DNA from: an uncultured Candidatus Saccharibacteria bacterium
Lineage (GTDB): Bacteria; Patescibacteriota; Minisyncoccia; Minisyncoccales; PWPS01
Length of the DNA: 64,000 nucleotides
Direction of reading: 5' to 3'
Assembly: GCA_964507105.1 (NCBI GenBank)
Contig: CAZDOR010000001.1
Coordinates: 4,722 to 68,721, forward strand
The notes under the pieces were generated by a model. The model saw only the letters and a program-made list of their open reading frames with translations, was not told the DNA's origin and made no database searches. The first letter of the stretch is position 1, and each line of letters starts with the position of its first letter. Below, piece by piece: positions 10,727 through 20,072 of this stretch. A program made the position numbers and the translations under genes.

Positions 10727-11068
10727 ATGACGAAATTAATAGCACAGATTCTCGCAAGCATCATAGCTTTACGATTGGCACAACTCTACATGTCCGGGAT
10801 TCAATTCAAGGGAAACGTAGAAATATTGATTTTTGCCGGAGCGGTTCTCGGTTTGCTTAATTTTTTCGTGAAGCCAATTCTAAAAGCAATAACGCTACCA
10901 CTCCGTATTTTGACATTGGGATTTTTTTCTTTTATAATCAACATCGTCATAGTTTATTTCGTTGATCTCGCATTTTATGAACTGGTTTTCGAAGGCTTTT
11001 GGCCGATGGCTTGGTTTATAGTCCTACTCTGGTTCCTAAACTTAATTTTATATTCAATCTTGAACTAA
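10727..11068 (+). CDS. DUF360 / YvlD-like (phage holin 4-2 superfamily) 4-TM membrane protein
   Basis: VKPILKAITLPLRILTLGFFSFIINIVIVYFVD resembles the YvlD family core. A sigma70-like promoter (TTGTCA-16-TAGAAT) sits upstream at about 10691-10718. Confidence 0.55.
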   Translation: MTKLIAQILASIIALRLAQLYMSGIQFKGNVEILIFAGAVLGLLNFFVKPILKAITLPLRILTLGFFSFIINIVIVYFVDLAFYELVFEGFWPMAWFIVLLWFLNLILYSILN

Positions 11069-11069
11069 C

Positions 11070-11294
11070 ATGCTTCAATTCGAACAGTTATTACCCTACT
11101 TACAAATAATCGTGGCCGTGCTTTTGATTACTGTTATTCTCCTACAGAAAGGTGGAGGAGCGATGGGCTCTTCATTCGGACAGTCCGGAGAATTTTCAAC
11201 AACCAGGCGCGGACCGGAAAAGCATCTATTCACTTCCACTATCATTCTCGGCATCCTTTTCATAGGGTTGGCTCTATTAAACTTACTGATTTAA
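11070..11294 (+). CDS. secG: Preprotein translocase subunit SecG
   Basis: 74 aa with two TM segments and a glycine-rich loop (LLQKGGGAMGSSFGQSGEF) as in SecG. Confidence 0.75.
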   Translation: MLQFEQLLPYLQIIVAVLLITVILLQKGGGAMGSSFGQSGEFSTTRRGPEKHLFTSTIILGILFIGLALLNLLI

Positions 11295-13232
11295 ATGAGA
11301 AACATAATATCGAACCTTTCCAAAAAGGGGAAGCGGTTGTTGAACTTTAAAGATAAAAAGTCTTTTTTTGCAATTTTGCTGTTGCTATTTTTTTCATTAA
11401 TGGTGTTGATCTACATTTTTTATATTGCGAATACCGAATCGGTCCCCGCTTCCGGAGGAACTTATACGGAGGGTGCTCTCGGTAAAGTCAGATTTCTAAA
11501 CCCAATATATGCTCCGGAATCCGATTCGGACAGAAATTTAACGGAGATCCTATACAGCGGCTTAATGGATTATGATAAAAGCAACGAATTGGAGCCGGCG
11601 TTGGCAAAAAACGTGGAAAAAGATGATGGCGGTCGAATTTTTACGGTTACTCTGAGAGATGAAATTTACTGGTCGGACGGAGAGAAAATTACCGCCGATG
11701 ACATAATTTTCACCATAACAGCTTTACAATCCAGAGAAGTTCAAAGCCCGATTCGAACCAGCTGGGAAGGAGTAAGGGTAGAAAAAATTTCAGAGAAAAA
11801 AGTGGAATTTCGATTGGAAAACCCCTCTCCTTTATTTATTGAAAAACTAACTCTCAAGCCGATACCCAAACATCACTGGAAAGATGTTCCTTTTGAGGAT
11901 TTTCAGTTCGCTAATAAAAATATGAAACCGATAAGTTCCGGCCCCTACAAATTGGACCAAGTCGAAGAAACAGAAGATTTTCAGAAAATAGTATTGAGGA
12001 AAAACTCCAAATACCACGGTAAGAGTCCATACTTGAACCGAATCGAATTCCTGATTTTTGAAAACGAGACTGAATTAATAGAAAAAAAAGACAAGCTGGA
12101 CGGGTTTTCTCTTCCAAGTATAAGCAATGACAAGGCTTTCTCTATGGAAGAATACAGCTTTCAGCTACCACGATATTTTTCAATATTCTTCAACACCGAT
12201 CATTTCTCTTCGAAAATCCGAAAAGCTTTGGCCTATGGCACCGACAAACAGTCTTTAAATGAAAAATTAAAAGATATAGAAGAAGTCGAATCACCAATAA
12301 TGCCCGAATTTTACGGGTTTGAAGGCCCGGAAACGAAATACGAATCGGATCTTGAAAAAGCGTCCGACCTTTTGAAAAAAGCCGGGTTTAAGAAAGATGG
12401 AGATTATTTTGAAAAGGTGGTTCAGGAAGAACGGCATTTTGAATTTACGGAAAGATTATCGAAAGGAGATCAAGGAGAAGAAGTCAGAGAGTTACAAAGA
12501 TGTTTACTCAACGAAGAGGTTTTTCCGGAGGGGGAAATAACCGGATACTTGGATTCGGAAACCAAAGAAGCTGTCAATCGATTTCAAAGAAAATACGAAA
12601 AAGAAATATTAAAGCCACACGATTTTGAAAATCCGACAGGTGTGGTAGCTTCATCTACAAGAAAAAAACTAAATGAACTTTGCGGTGGTAAAATACCGGA
12701 AGAAAGGGAAAAGCTAACCGTAGAAGTGACAACTATCGATCACCCGCTTTTGGTGGATGTAATGAAAGAAATTTCCATTCAGTGGCAGGAGCTGGGAGTA
12801 AAAGTAAAAAAAGAAACAGTTAATCTACCAACCATAGAAACTCTCATAATCGAGGAAAAGAACTATCAAAGCTTCCTCTTCGGAATTAATATGGAGTCGA
12901 TTCCCGATTTGTACCGCTGGTGGCATTCGAGCCAAACTGAAAGCCCCGGTCTCAATTTCACAAATTACGAAAACGAAGAAGTCGACAGTTTACTGGAAAA
13001 ATCAGTACGAACAACGGATGAGGATAAACGTGCAGAAACACTCGAAAAGATTCAAGAGCTAATTATGGAAGACAAGCCGGCAATTTTTCTTTATTCACCC
13101 AACAAAATTCATTTAGCAGACGAAAAAATAAAGGGTATAGAAGAGAGAAAATTAATAAATTCTTCACAACGTTTAAACGATATTAAGTATTGGCACATAA
13201 ACACAAAAAGAAGATGGATAAACAACAATTAA
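11295..13232 (+). CDS. Solute-binding protein family 5 (OppA/DppA-like) with inserted peptidoglycan-binding (PG_binding_1-like) domain; N-terminal membrane anchor
   Basis: SBP_bac_5-like N-terminal half (SGGTYTEGALGKVRFLNP..., SDGEKITADD). The insert GDQGEEVRELQRCLLNEEVFPEGEITGYLDSETKEAVNRFQRKYE matches the PG-binding repeat. No permease or ATPase genes are adjacent. Confidence 0.65.
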   Translation: MRNIISNLSKKGKRLLNFKDKKSFFAILLLLFFSLMVLIYIFYIANTESVPASGGTYTEGALGKVRFLNPIYAPESDSDRNLTEILYSGLMDYDKSNELEPALAKNVEKDDGGRIFTVTLRDEIYWSDGEKITADDIIFTITALQSREVQSPIRTSWEGVRVEKISEKKVEFRLENPSPLFIEKLTLKPIPKHHWKDVPFEDFQFANKNMKPISSGPYKLDQVEETEDFQKIVLRKNSKYHGKSPYLNRIEFLIFENETELIEKKDKLDGFSLPSISNDKAFSMEEYSFQLPRYFSIFFNTDHFSSKIRKALAYGTDKQSLNEKLKDIEEVESPIMPEFYGFEGPETKYESDLEKASDLLKKAGFKKDGDYFEKVVQEERHFEFTERLSKGDQGEEVRELQRCLLNEEVFPEGEITGYLDSETKEAVNRFQRKYEKEILKPHDFENPTGVVASSTRKKLNELCGGKIPEEREKLTVEVTTIDHPLLVDVMKEISIQWQELGVKVKKETVNLPTIETLIIEEKNYQSFLFGINMESIPDLYRWWHSSQTESPGLNFTNYENEEVDSLLEKSVRTTDEDKRAETLEKIQELIMEDKPAIFLYSPNKIHLADEKIKGIEERKLINSSQRLNDIKYWHINTKRRWINNN

Positions 13233-13783
13233 AAAATCCCGACATAAGACGCATAAGTGACATGAAGGAAGTTATTTACGATAAAGAATGGTTGAAATCA
13301 GCGGAAGATTTCGAAGCTTACTACATGTACAGAGGGGTAGCGAAAAAAAATGGACTCCGTTACGACATAACCGAAATGCCTTTCAAAATGTTCGGTAAGG
13401 AATACCCGAAGACCAAAGGACATTATCATCCCGGTGATTATGGAGAGATCTACCAAGTTTTAGAAGGAAAAGCAATCTATTTACTCCAAAACAGGGAGCT
13501 GAGTGATATAGTAATAATAGAAACTAATCCCGGCGAAGTAGCGATAATTCCTCCCAATTACGGTCACGTAACGATAAATCCCGGTCCGGAAAAATTGAAA
13601 ATGGCCAATTGGGTAAGTCCGGAATTCAACTCAATTTACGAGCCGATATTGAAAAAAGGGGGTGCAGCCTACTTCTATACCGAGAACGGATGGATACAAA
13701 ACCAAAACCATGACAGTGTTCCGGAGATACGAATGGAAGACCCAGAAGCGGGACTACCTGAAGATTTGGAATTTCTAAAATAG
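13214..13783 (+). CDS. Cupin-type glucose-6-phosphate isomerase (archaeal-type cPGI family)
   Basis: TKGHYHPGDYGEIYQV...IIPPNYGHVTINPG matches the metal-binding cupin motifs of Pyrococcus-type PGI (TKGHFHA...PPYWAHRTVN). The ORF track starts it at a TTG at 13190; the first ATG is at 13214. Confidence 0.7.
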   Translation: MDKQQLKNPDIRRISDMKEVIYDKEWLKSAEDFEAYYMYRGVAKKNGLRYDITEMPFKMFGKEYPKTKGHYHPGDYGEIYQVLEGKAIYLLQNRELSDIVIIETNPGEVAIIPPNYGHVTINPGPEKLKMANWVSPEFNSIYEPILKKGGAAYFYTENGWIQNQNHDSVPEIRMEDPEAGLPEDLEFLK

Positions 13784-13788
13784 AAGCA

Positions 13789-13872
13789 GCCCGGGTGGCG
13801 GAACCGGCAGACGCGCCAGTTTCAGGGACTGGTGCCCTTACGGGCTTGCGGGTTCGAATCCCGCCCCGGGCA
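13789..13872 (+). tRNA. tRNA-Leu (anticodon CAG), type II
   Basis: GCCCGGGTGGCGGAA...CCAGT-TTCAGGG-ACTGG, long variable arm, GGGTTCGAATCCCGCCCCGGGCA. Confidence 0.85.
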
Positions 13873-13966
13873 CAAAACAATTAATTATTAACTACGGGTT
13901 TTTCTCATAAATAAACTCGATTTAAAAAGAACGAAAACGAAAAAGTAAGTTTTTGTTTGAAAAAGA

Positions 13967-15640
13967 ATGAGCAGTAAAGACAAGAAAGTAAAAATAATTC
14001 CTCTCGGTGGAATGGGAGAAGTGGGAAAAAACATGACTCTCCTGGAATGTGAGGGTCGAATCTTAATAATAGATATGGGGCTTAACTTTCCCGAAGATGA
14101 TTCACCGGGAGTAGACTACATAATCCCGAATATTTCTTACTTAAAAGGCAGAAAAAAAGATATTCTGGGAGTCGTATTCACCCACGGGCACTACGATCAC
14201 ATCGGAGCGGTTCCTTATTTTCTAAACAAGTTAGGAAACCCTCCTCTTTACGGATCTCCTCTGACTATGGGGATAATTGAAAAACGACAAAGCGACTTTC
14301 CATCACAACCAAAACTAAAAAAGATAGTTGTGGAAGACGGAAACAGTATACAAATGGGACCTTTCAACGTGGAATTTTTTCATCAAAACCACAACATACC
14401 TCATAATTTAGGTCTCTTTATTGAAACGCCGGCAGGAAATATTCTTCATACCTCGGACTTCAAGTTCGACAAAACCCCCCAAAACGGGCCGGCAACGAAC
14501 TTCGAGAGATTGGAAAAGCTGTCAGAAAGGGGGGTTCATCTTATGCTTTCCGATTCCACGGGTGCCGAGATAGATGGAAACTCTTTGTCGGAAAAAACGA
14601 TTTCAGAAAACATGGAAAAGATATTTCGGAACGCAAAAGGAAGAATAATAACGGCAACTTTTTCCTCTTTAATAAACCGTGTTCAGGATATCATCAATCT
14701 TTCCGAAAAATACAACAGAAAGGTGGTAATAGAAGGATACGGAATGAAAACGAATATTGAACTCGCCCGTAATCTGAATCTGATCAAAATCAAAAAAGGG
14801 ACTCTGGTGGACAGAAGGAATGCGGACGAACTGGCTGCGGAAAATACAACAATAATTTGCACCGGAGCTCAAGGAGAAGAACGGGCAGCACTCATGAGGA
14901 TAACCAACGGAGAGCACAGACATTTCGAATTGAGAGAAAGAGATACCGTGGTTTTTTCTTCCTCGGTAATTCCGGGAAACGAAAGGTCCGTTCAGAATCT
15001 CCGAGACGATATCCTGCGCCAAGGTGCCGATGTTTATCATTACAAGATGATGGATATACACGCAAAGGGCCATGCTCAGAGTGAAGAGATAATCGAAATG
15101 ATCAAGATAATGAGACCAAACTATCTAATTCCGGCACACGGACAATACTCGATGCTGGTAAGGCATAAAAAATTAGCGGAAAAAACCGGAATCCCGGAAA
15201 AAACTATGATAATAGAAAACGGGGAACCGGCCGTACTTTCTCCGAAAAATCTCTACAAAGCGGATAAAGCGGTTAACGCAAAACCGGTGATGGTTGACGG
15301 GTCCGGAGTCGGAGACGTGGGAGGAGTCGTTCTTTACGATAGAAAAGAATTAGCTGAAAACGGAATTTTCGTAGTCATAGCAGTAGTGGATAAAGAAACC
15401 AAAAAACTTCAAAACTCACCCGATATAATCTCCAGAGGGTTCGTTTATCTACGAGAATCTCAAGATTTGCTGGCAGAAACAAGAAATAAAGTAAGAGAGA
15501 TAATAAAAGAGGCTTCAAAATCCAGAAAGAAGAGTGCTCCGAAAAAAATAAAGAAGATGATGGGTAAAAGAATAGAGGACTTCTTGTACAGCAAAACAAA
15601 AAGGAGGCCCATAGTTTTGCCGGTAGTAATAGAGATTTAA
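13967..15640 (+). CDS. rnj: Ribonuclease J (metallo-beta-lactamase / beta-CASP RNase)
   Basis: HGHYDHIGAVPYF MBL motif, 557-aa RNase J architecture. Confidence 0.85.
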   Translation: MSSKDKKVKIIPLGGMGEVGKNMTLLECEGRILIIDMGLNFPEDDSPGVDYIIPNISYLKGRKKDILGVVFTHGHYDHIGAVPYFLNKLGNPPLYGSPLTMGIIEKRQSDFPSQPKLKKIVVEDGNSIQMGPFNVEFFHQNHNIPHNLGLFIETPAGNILHTSDFKFDKTPQNGPATNFERLEKLSERGVHLMLSDSTGAEIDGNSLSEKTISENMEKIFRNAKGRIITATFSSLINRVQDIINLSEKYNRKVVIEGYGMKTNIELARNLNLIKIKKGTLVDRRNADELAAENTTIICTGAQGEERAALMRITNGEHRHFELRERDTVVFSSSVIPGNERSVQNLRDDILRQGADVYHYKMMDIHAKGHAQSEEIIEMIKIMRPNYLIPAHGQYSMLVRHKKLAEKTGIPEKTMIIENGEPAVLSPKNLYKADKAVNAKPVMVDGSGVGDVGGVVLYDRKELAENGIFVVIAVVDKETKKLQNSPDIISRGFVYLRESQDLLAETRNKVREIIKEASKSRKKSAPKKIKKMMGKRIEDFLYSKTKRRPIVLPVVIEI

Positions 15641-15668
15641 TCCGTAATCAAATATAATTAAAAAAAAT

Positions 15669-16652
15669 ATGAGAATATTTAGCGGAATACAGCCGACGGG
15701 GGAGTTACATATAGGGAACTACCTCGGAGCTATAAAACAGTGGATAAAGCTACAAGAAAAAGATGAATGCATCTTTTCGATAGTTGATCTTCATGCTTTG
15801 ACTTCGGATTATTCTCCGGAAGATCTCCGCGACAAAGTAGTCAGTACGGCAATAGTTTATCTGGCAGCGGGAATCGATCCAGAAAAATCAACCATATTCG
15901 TTCAATCACAAGTAAAAGAGCATACCGAGTTATGTTGGTATTTAAACACTTTAACGCCGATAGGAGAATTGGAAAGGATGACCCAATACAAAGAAAAATC
16001 AAGCAAGAAGAAAAAAAGATCCAATGCCGGTCTTTTAAACTATCCCATCCTGCAAGCGGCGGATATTCTTCTTTATGGAACACAAGTAGTTCCCATCGGA
16101 GAAGATCAGGTTCAACACATAGAATTGACAAGAGACATTGCAAAAAAATTCAATAAAAAATTCGGAAAAACTTTCCAAATTCCCGAGTATCAACTGTCAA
16201 AAACCGGAGCCAGAATAATGAGTCTAAAAAATCCATCAAATAAAATGTCCAAATCAGGGAAAAAGGGGAATGCAATATCCCTTTTCGACAAACCGAAAGT
16301 CATAGAAAAAAAGGTTATGTCCGCCGTAACCGACACCGGAAAGGACATAGTCCATAACCCGGAAAAAAAACCGGGGATTTCCAACTTAATAGTGATTTAC
16401 AGTAAATTTAAAGAGCAAAAAATAAATAAAACAGAAAAAGAATTCAAAAACTCGAGCTATAAAGTATTTAAAGAAAAGTTGGCCGAACTTTTAATAAAAT
16501 CACTGGATCCTTTCCGTCAAAAAAGAGAGAAGTTAAAACAGCGAAGAGAAGTCTATATAGAAGAAATTCTAAATCAAGGAGCGCAAAGAGCCGAATCGTT
16601 GGCTTCTTCAAAAATGAGTGAAGTGAGGCGAAAGATGGGCCTTATCAACTGA
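15669..16652 (+). CDS. trpS: Tryptophanyl-tRNA synthetase
   Basis: MRIFSGIQPTGELHIGNYLGAI (HIGH) and KMSKS motifs. Confidence 0.9.
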   Translation: MRIFSGIQPTGELHIGNYLGAIKQWIKLQEKDECIFSIVDLHALTSDYSPEDLRDKVVSTAIVYLAAGIDPEKSTIFVQSQVKEHTELCWYLNTLTPIGELERMTQYKEKSSKKKKRSNAGLLNYPILQAADILLYGTQVVPIGEDQVQHIELTRDIAKKFNKKFGKTFQIPEYQLSKTGARIMSLKNPSNKMSKSGKKGNAISLFDKPKVIEKKVMSAVTDTGKDIVHNPEKKPGISNLIVIYSKFKEQKINKTEKEFKNSSYKVFKEKLAELLIKSLDPFRQKREKLKQRREVYIEEILNQGAQRAESLASSKMSEVRRKMGLIN

Positions 16653-16676
16653 TCCGAAACGAGTCACTAAAACAAA

Positions 16677-16702
16677 AAAGCGGACCATACGGTCCGCTTC
16701 TT
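16677..16702. terminator. Bidirectional hairpin terminator between convergent trpS and coiled-coil gene
   Basis: aagcggacc-atac-ggtccgctt perfect 9-bp stem. Confidence 0.5.
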
Positions 16703-16720
16703 TGATAATTACTGAAAAAA

Positions 16721-17137
16721 TCAATATTCTTTCAGTTCTTCTATCTTTTTTTTGAGCTTTTTATTTTCCTTCTTCAATTCCACCATCTTGATTTCGCGCC
16801 CGACGGTTAATTTGTTGAATTTTTTTAGTTGTTCAATCTTTTTTTCAAGCTGAGCAGTTCTTCTTTTAACTTTCTCGTCCAATTTTTTGTTCAATTCTTC
16901 CAATTCCTTGGTTCGTGCCCTAACCTTTATCTCCAAAACAGCATTCGCCTCTTTCAATTCTTCTTTTTTCTCCTGAAGTTTTTCTTCTATTCTTTTAAGC
17001 TCGTTAATTCTATTTTCGCTTTCCCTTTTTTCTTTCATCAACTGAAAATCCCTGCGCAAAAATTTCTTGGAAATTCTGTCCAGCTCTTTTTTAAGCTCCT
17101 CTTTGGATAAATCTTTTGTTTTTTTGTTTTTGTTCAC
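16721..17137 (-). CDS. Coiled-coil protein with signalling-helix (S-helix)-like ERTxEL heptads
   Basis: LEIKVRARTKELEELNKKLDEKVKRRTAQLEKKIEQL resembles the coiled-coil linker of sensor kinases. Its start codon abuts the stop of the upstream FIST gene. Confidence 0.45.
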   Translation of the reverse strand: MNKNKKTKDLSKEELKKELDRISKKFLRRDFQLMKEKRESENRINELKRIEEKLQEKKEELKEANAVLEIKVRARTKELEELNKKLDEKVKRRTAQLEKKIEQLKKFNKLTVGREIKMVELKKENKKLKKKIEELKEY

Positions 17138-18310
17138 CTATCTGATAGCTAAAACAGTTATGGTCTCATTGTGAAAAACACTGCGCTCTTCCCCGTTTTT
17201 CAAAGGAGCTATTTCTCCATAAGTATAAAATCCCGCAACCGGAACCTCCGGACCGAACACATCCTTAATGGCTTCAGGTTCTTCATTTCTCTCCATTCCC
17301 AAGAGCTTATATCTGGCAATGCAGTTAAAAACGAATACCGCCTTGGGTTTTTCTCCCAACTGATTGCGAGCTGATTCGGCCGCTTCGCGAGCCGCCCCGA
17401 TCGCTTTTTTTCTATCTCCTATCATTAATCTAACAATGGATCCTTCCGGAACTTCAGCAGCAAAGTCTATTTCCCCGTCACCATTAGCAATTACGGGAGA
17501 ACGGAGAAGCGTATTTTCGCTTTCATCAATACTCATTCCTAAAGGATAAGTATAAGCTATTTGAGCAAAAGACTCTCGAGTCAACTCTTCGGCCGCCTTT
17601 CCGAAATAGTCTTCATAAATTTTTAAAGCCGGTTCATTTTCTATCTCAATTACTTTTGCTCCCTCCGAAGCGGTAACCCTCATCGGATTACCTACAGGTT
17701 CCCAGCCGTGCCCGCATCCCGTTCCAAAAGAGACATCATCGGAAATCCCGATTCCGAGAACAGCTCCGCTGACTACTTCGCCATCAACATATTGAAAAGT
17801 TTTTTGGAAGTTATAATCATCACCGGCCAAACCACCTATTATCAAAAAATCATTTCCCAAAACTTCTTGAGCTCCTCTTACTATTTCAGCTCCGTTTTCG
17901 GATAGACCATCCCCTAACAGAAATAACGCGGAAAAATTATTTTCCCTTTCTCGTAATTTTCGAGCCATTTCTCTTCCGGTTCGAAAAGAATTTTCGACTG
18001 CTCCCTTCTCAACCGCAACGGGCCAGTGATCGGCACCGCTGATTCCCATGACGACAACACTGCCAGATTTCACTTGAGACCCTTCAATTTCTCCGGCCGT
18101 TGAACACCCCACCACTCGAGCCTCCTCCGTAGAGCTTATTACTCCACTCAATACTTCTTCTTGATCATATTCGGAAGAAGAAAAAACGAATACTATTTTC
18201 GGCTCCTCTTCCAAGCCGGCAAGCATGCTTTCAACACTCTCCTTTCCGGCCTCGAAGGGATCTTCATTTGAGCTGATCCCAGTAAAAGCTTCTATTTTTG
18301 TGTTTTCCAT
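17138..18310 (-). CDS. FIST-domain (FIST_N + FIST_C) sensor protein, standalone
   Basis: VVGCSTAGEI..., GFYTYGEIAP and FNCIARYKLLG are characteristic FIST N/C signatures. No output domain is fused. Confidence 0.65.
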   Translation of the reverse strand: MENTKIEAFTGISSNEDPFEAGKESVESMLAGLEEEPKIVFVFSSSEYDQEEVLSGVISSTEEARVVGCSTAGEIEGSQVKSGSVVVMGISGADHWPVAVEKGAVENSFRTGREMARKLRERENNFSALFLLGDGLSENGAEIVRGAQEVLGNDFLIIGGLAGDDYNFQKTFQYVDGEVVSGAVLGIGISDDVSFGTGCGHGWEPVGNPMRVTASEGAKVIEIENEPALKIYEDYFGKAAEELTRESFAQIAYTYPLGMSIDESENTLLRSPVIANGDGEIDFAAEVPEGSIVRLMIGDRKKAIGAAREAAESARNQLGEKPKAVFVFNCIARYKLLGMERNEEPEAIKDVFGPEVPVAGFYTYGEIAPLKNGEERSVFHNETITVLAIR

Positions 18311-18362
18311 ATTTTTTCTTTTGTTTTTTTAAATATAACAAGAATATTTATTTTTAACAAAA

Positions 18363-19691
18363 TTAACTCACCTCTTTTATTATTCGGATTAGTTCTTCTC
18401 TTTTTTTGTTTAATTTCTTTTTCGTATCGGCCTCGAGTCGTAATCTGACCAAATCCTCTGTATTCGATTTTCTCAAATTGAACCACCAATCTTCAAACTC
18501 TACATACACGCCGTCAATTTCAAAATTCTCTCCGTGATTGAATGCCTGGCGCACCTCGTTCAGTGTTTTGTCCTTGTTTTTAACTTCCATATTTATTTCC
18601 CGGCTTTGATGATATTTTTTAAACGGCTTTATGAGATCAGAAAACTTTTTCTCTTTTTTGCTCAAAAAGGAAATCAGTTTAACGGCAATAAAAAGGCCGT
18701 CATCTATGCAATAATTGTCCCGGTGCATTATATGTCCGGAAAGTTCCGCCCCCATAAGCCCGCCCTCCTCAATCAATTTTTCTTTGTAGAAGGGGTTTCC
18801 GACTCGCATCTTTTCCGGTATTCCGCCGGCTTCGGCGATTTTCTCCGGTGTTATTTTTGAAAATCTAAGATCAAAATAGATTTTTTTCTCCTCCGAATTT
18901 TCAAGTTCGGTTTCGGCGAGAAGACTAACCAACAAATCCGGGTAAACTATTTTTCCCCGATCATCAACAAAAAAAGCTCTATCCCCGTCTCCATCGAAAA
19001 ATATACCGAGATCGGCTTCCTCTTCCTTTACTTTTTTTACCAGGATTTCCATGTTTTTCGGTTCCGGGTTTGGTAGGTGATTGGGGAAACGAGGGTCAAC
19101 TTCGTCATAGAGACTTAAAATTTCGGCATCCAAATTATCGAAGGCCTTTTTTCCGGTCACCGAAGCTACTCCGTTTCCGTAATCAACCACCACCTTCAAT
19201 CCATGAACATCTCGTCCGAAAGACAAAATATGGGAAATATAGTCCGGCATTGGATTCACTTGTTTGACATCGCCTTCTTTATCCACAAAATTTTCTTTTT
19301 TTATAATTTTCCTTATCCCCTGAATCTGTTTTCCGTATACTTGAAGACCGTTTCTTTTTATCAGTTTCATTCCGTTGTATTCGGGGGGGTTGTGGGAAGC
19401 GGTAACCATAATGCCTCCCGAATGATCATATTTACAGACCGCAAAATTAACCAAAGGAGTGGAAGCGATTCCTATATCAAAAACTCGAGCCCCGGAATCA
19501 ATCAGGCCTTCTTTCAAATTTTTAAAAATATCAGGAGAGGTTTCCCTTCCGTCTCTTCCAACCACTATTTCCGGATTCTCTTCATCAAGAAAGCTGACGA
19601 AAGCCCTTCCCACAAAATAAGCTATTTCGGGATCTACTTCTTCCGGAGAAAGCCCTCTTATATCGTATGTTTTAAATATTTTATTCTTCAT
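18363..19691 (-). CDS. Phosphoglucomutase/phosphomannomutase (alpha-D-phosphohexomutase)
   Basis: Active-site loop GIMVTASHNPPEYNGMKL and metal-binding FDGDGDR. Confidence 0.85.
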   Translation of the reverse strand: MKNKIFKTYDIRGLSPEEVDPEIAYFVGRAFVSFLDEENPEIVVGRDGRETSPDIFKNLKEGLIDSGARVFDIGIASTPLVNFAVCKYDHSGGIMVTASHNPPEYNGMKLIKRNGLQVYGKQIQGIRKIIKKENFVDKEGDVKQVNPMPDYISHILSFGRDVHGLKVVVDYGNGVASVTGKKAFDNLDAEILSLYDEVDPRFPNHLPNPEPKNMEILVKKVKEEEADLGIFFDGDGDRAFFVDDRGKIVYPDLLVSLLAETELENSEEKKIYFDLRFSKITPEKIAEAGGIPEKMRVGNPFYKEKLIEEGGLMGAELSGHIMHRDNYCIDDGLFIAVKLISFLSKKEKKFSDLIKPFKKYHQSREINMEVKNKDKTLNEVRQAFNHGENFEIDGVYVEFEDWWFNLRKSNTEDLVRLRLEADTKKKLNKKREELIRIIKEVS

Positions 19692-20072
19692 AATAAAAAG
19701 TTACTTTTAAAGATTATATCAAAAAAAGACAATTTTGAAACTCGATGGCAACAATTCTTAAAATAACCTTAAATTTATTTCCTTAATAATATAAATATAA
19801 TAATTAAGAATCCATGTTTTATTTCAATTATGTTCAACTTTTTTGCAAAATAATCTCGAAGATTGATTCAGTTCATCAACGATTTCGTAATTGTTCTATC
19901 GATAGTGTTGAGGATGTGGATATCCGGAATCTTTTTCTCTTGTCTTTTTTTTGTTGAGTTCAACTCACTTTAGGGTTCAGTAACCAATCCGTACCCATCA
20001 AATCCTAATAAAAATTGTCAAAATAAGGAATAATTTGGGAAAAGTTCTCGGATAAGTTATCATTAGACTGAC

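Noticed and set aside
13190-13213. TTG start extending cupin PGI 43 nt into the upstream solute-binding-protein gene
   Set aside because: The first ATG at 13214 gives a shorter overlap and no conserved residues are lost. The start remains uncertain but the extended TTG start is less parsimonious.
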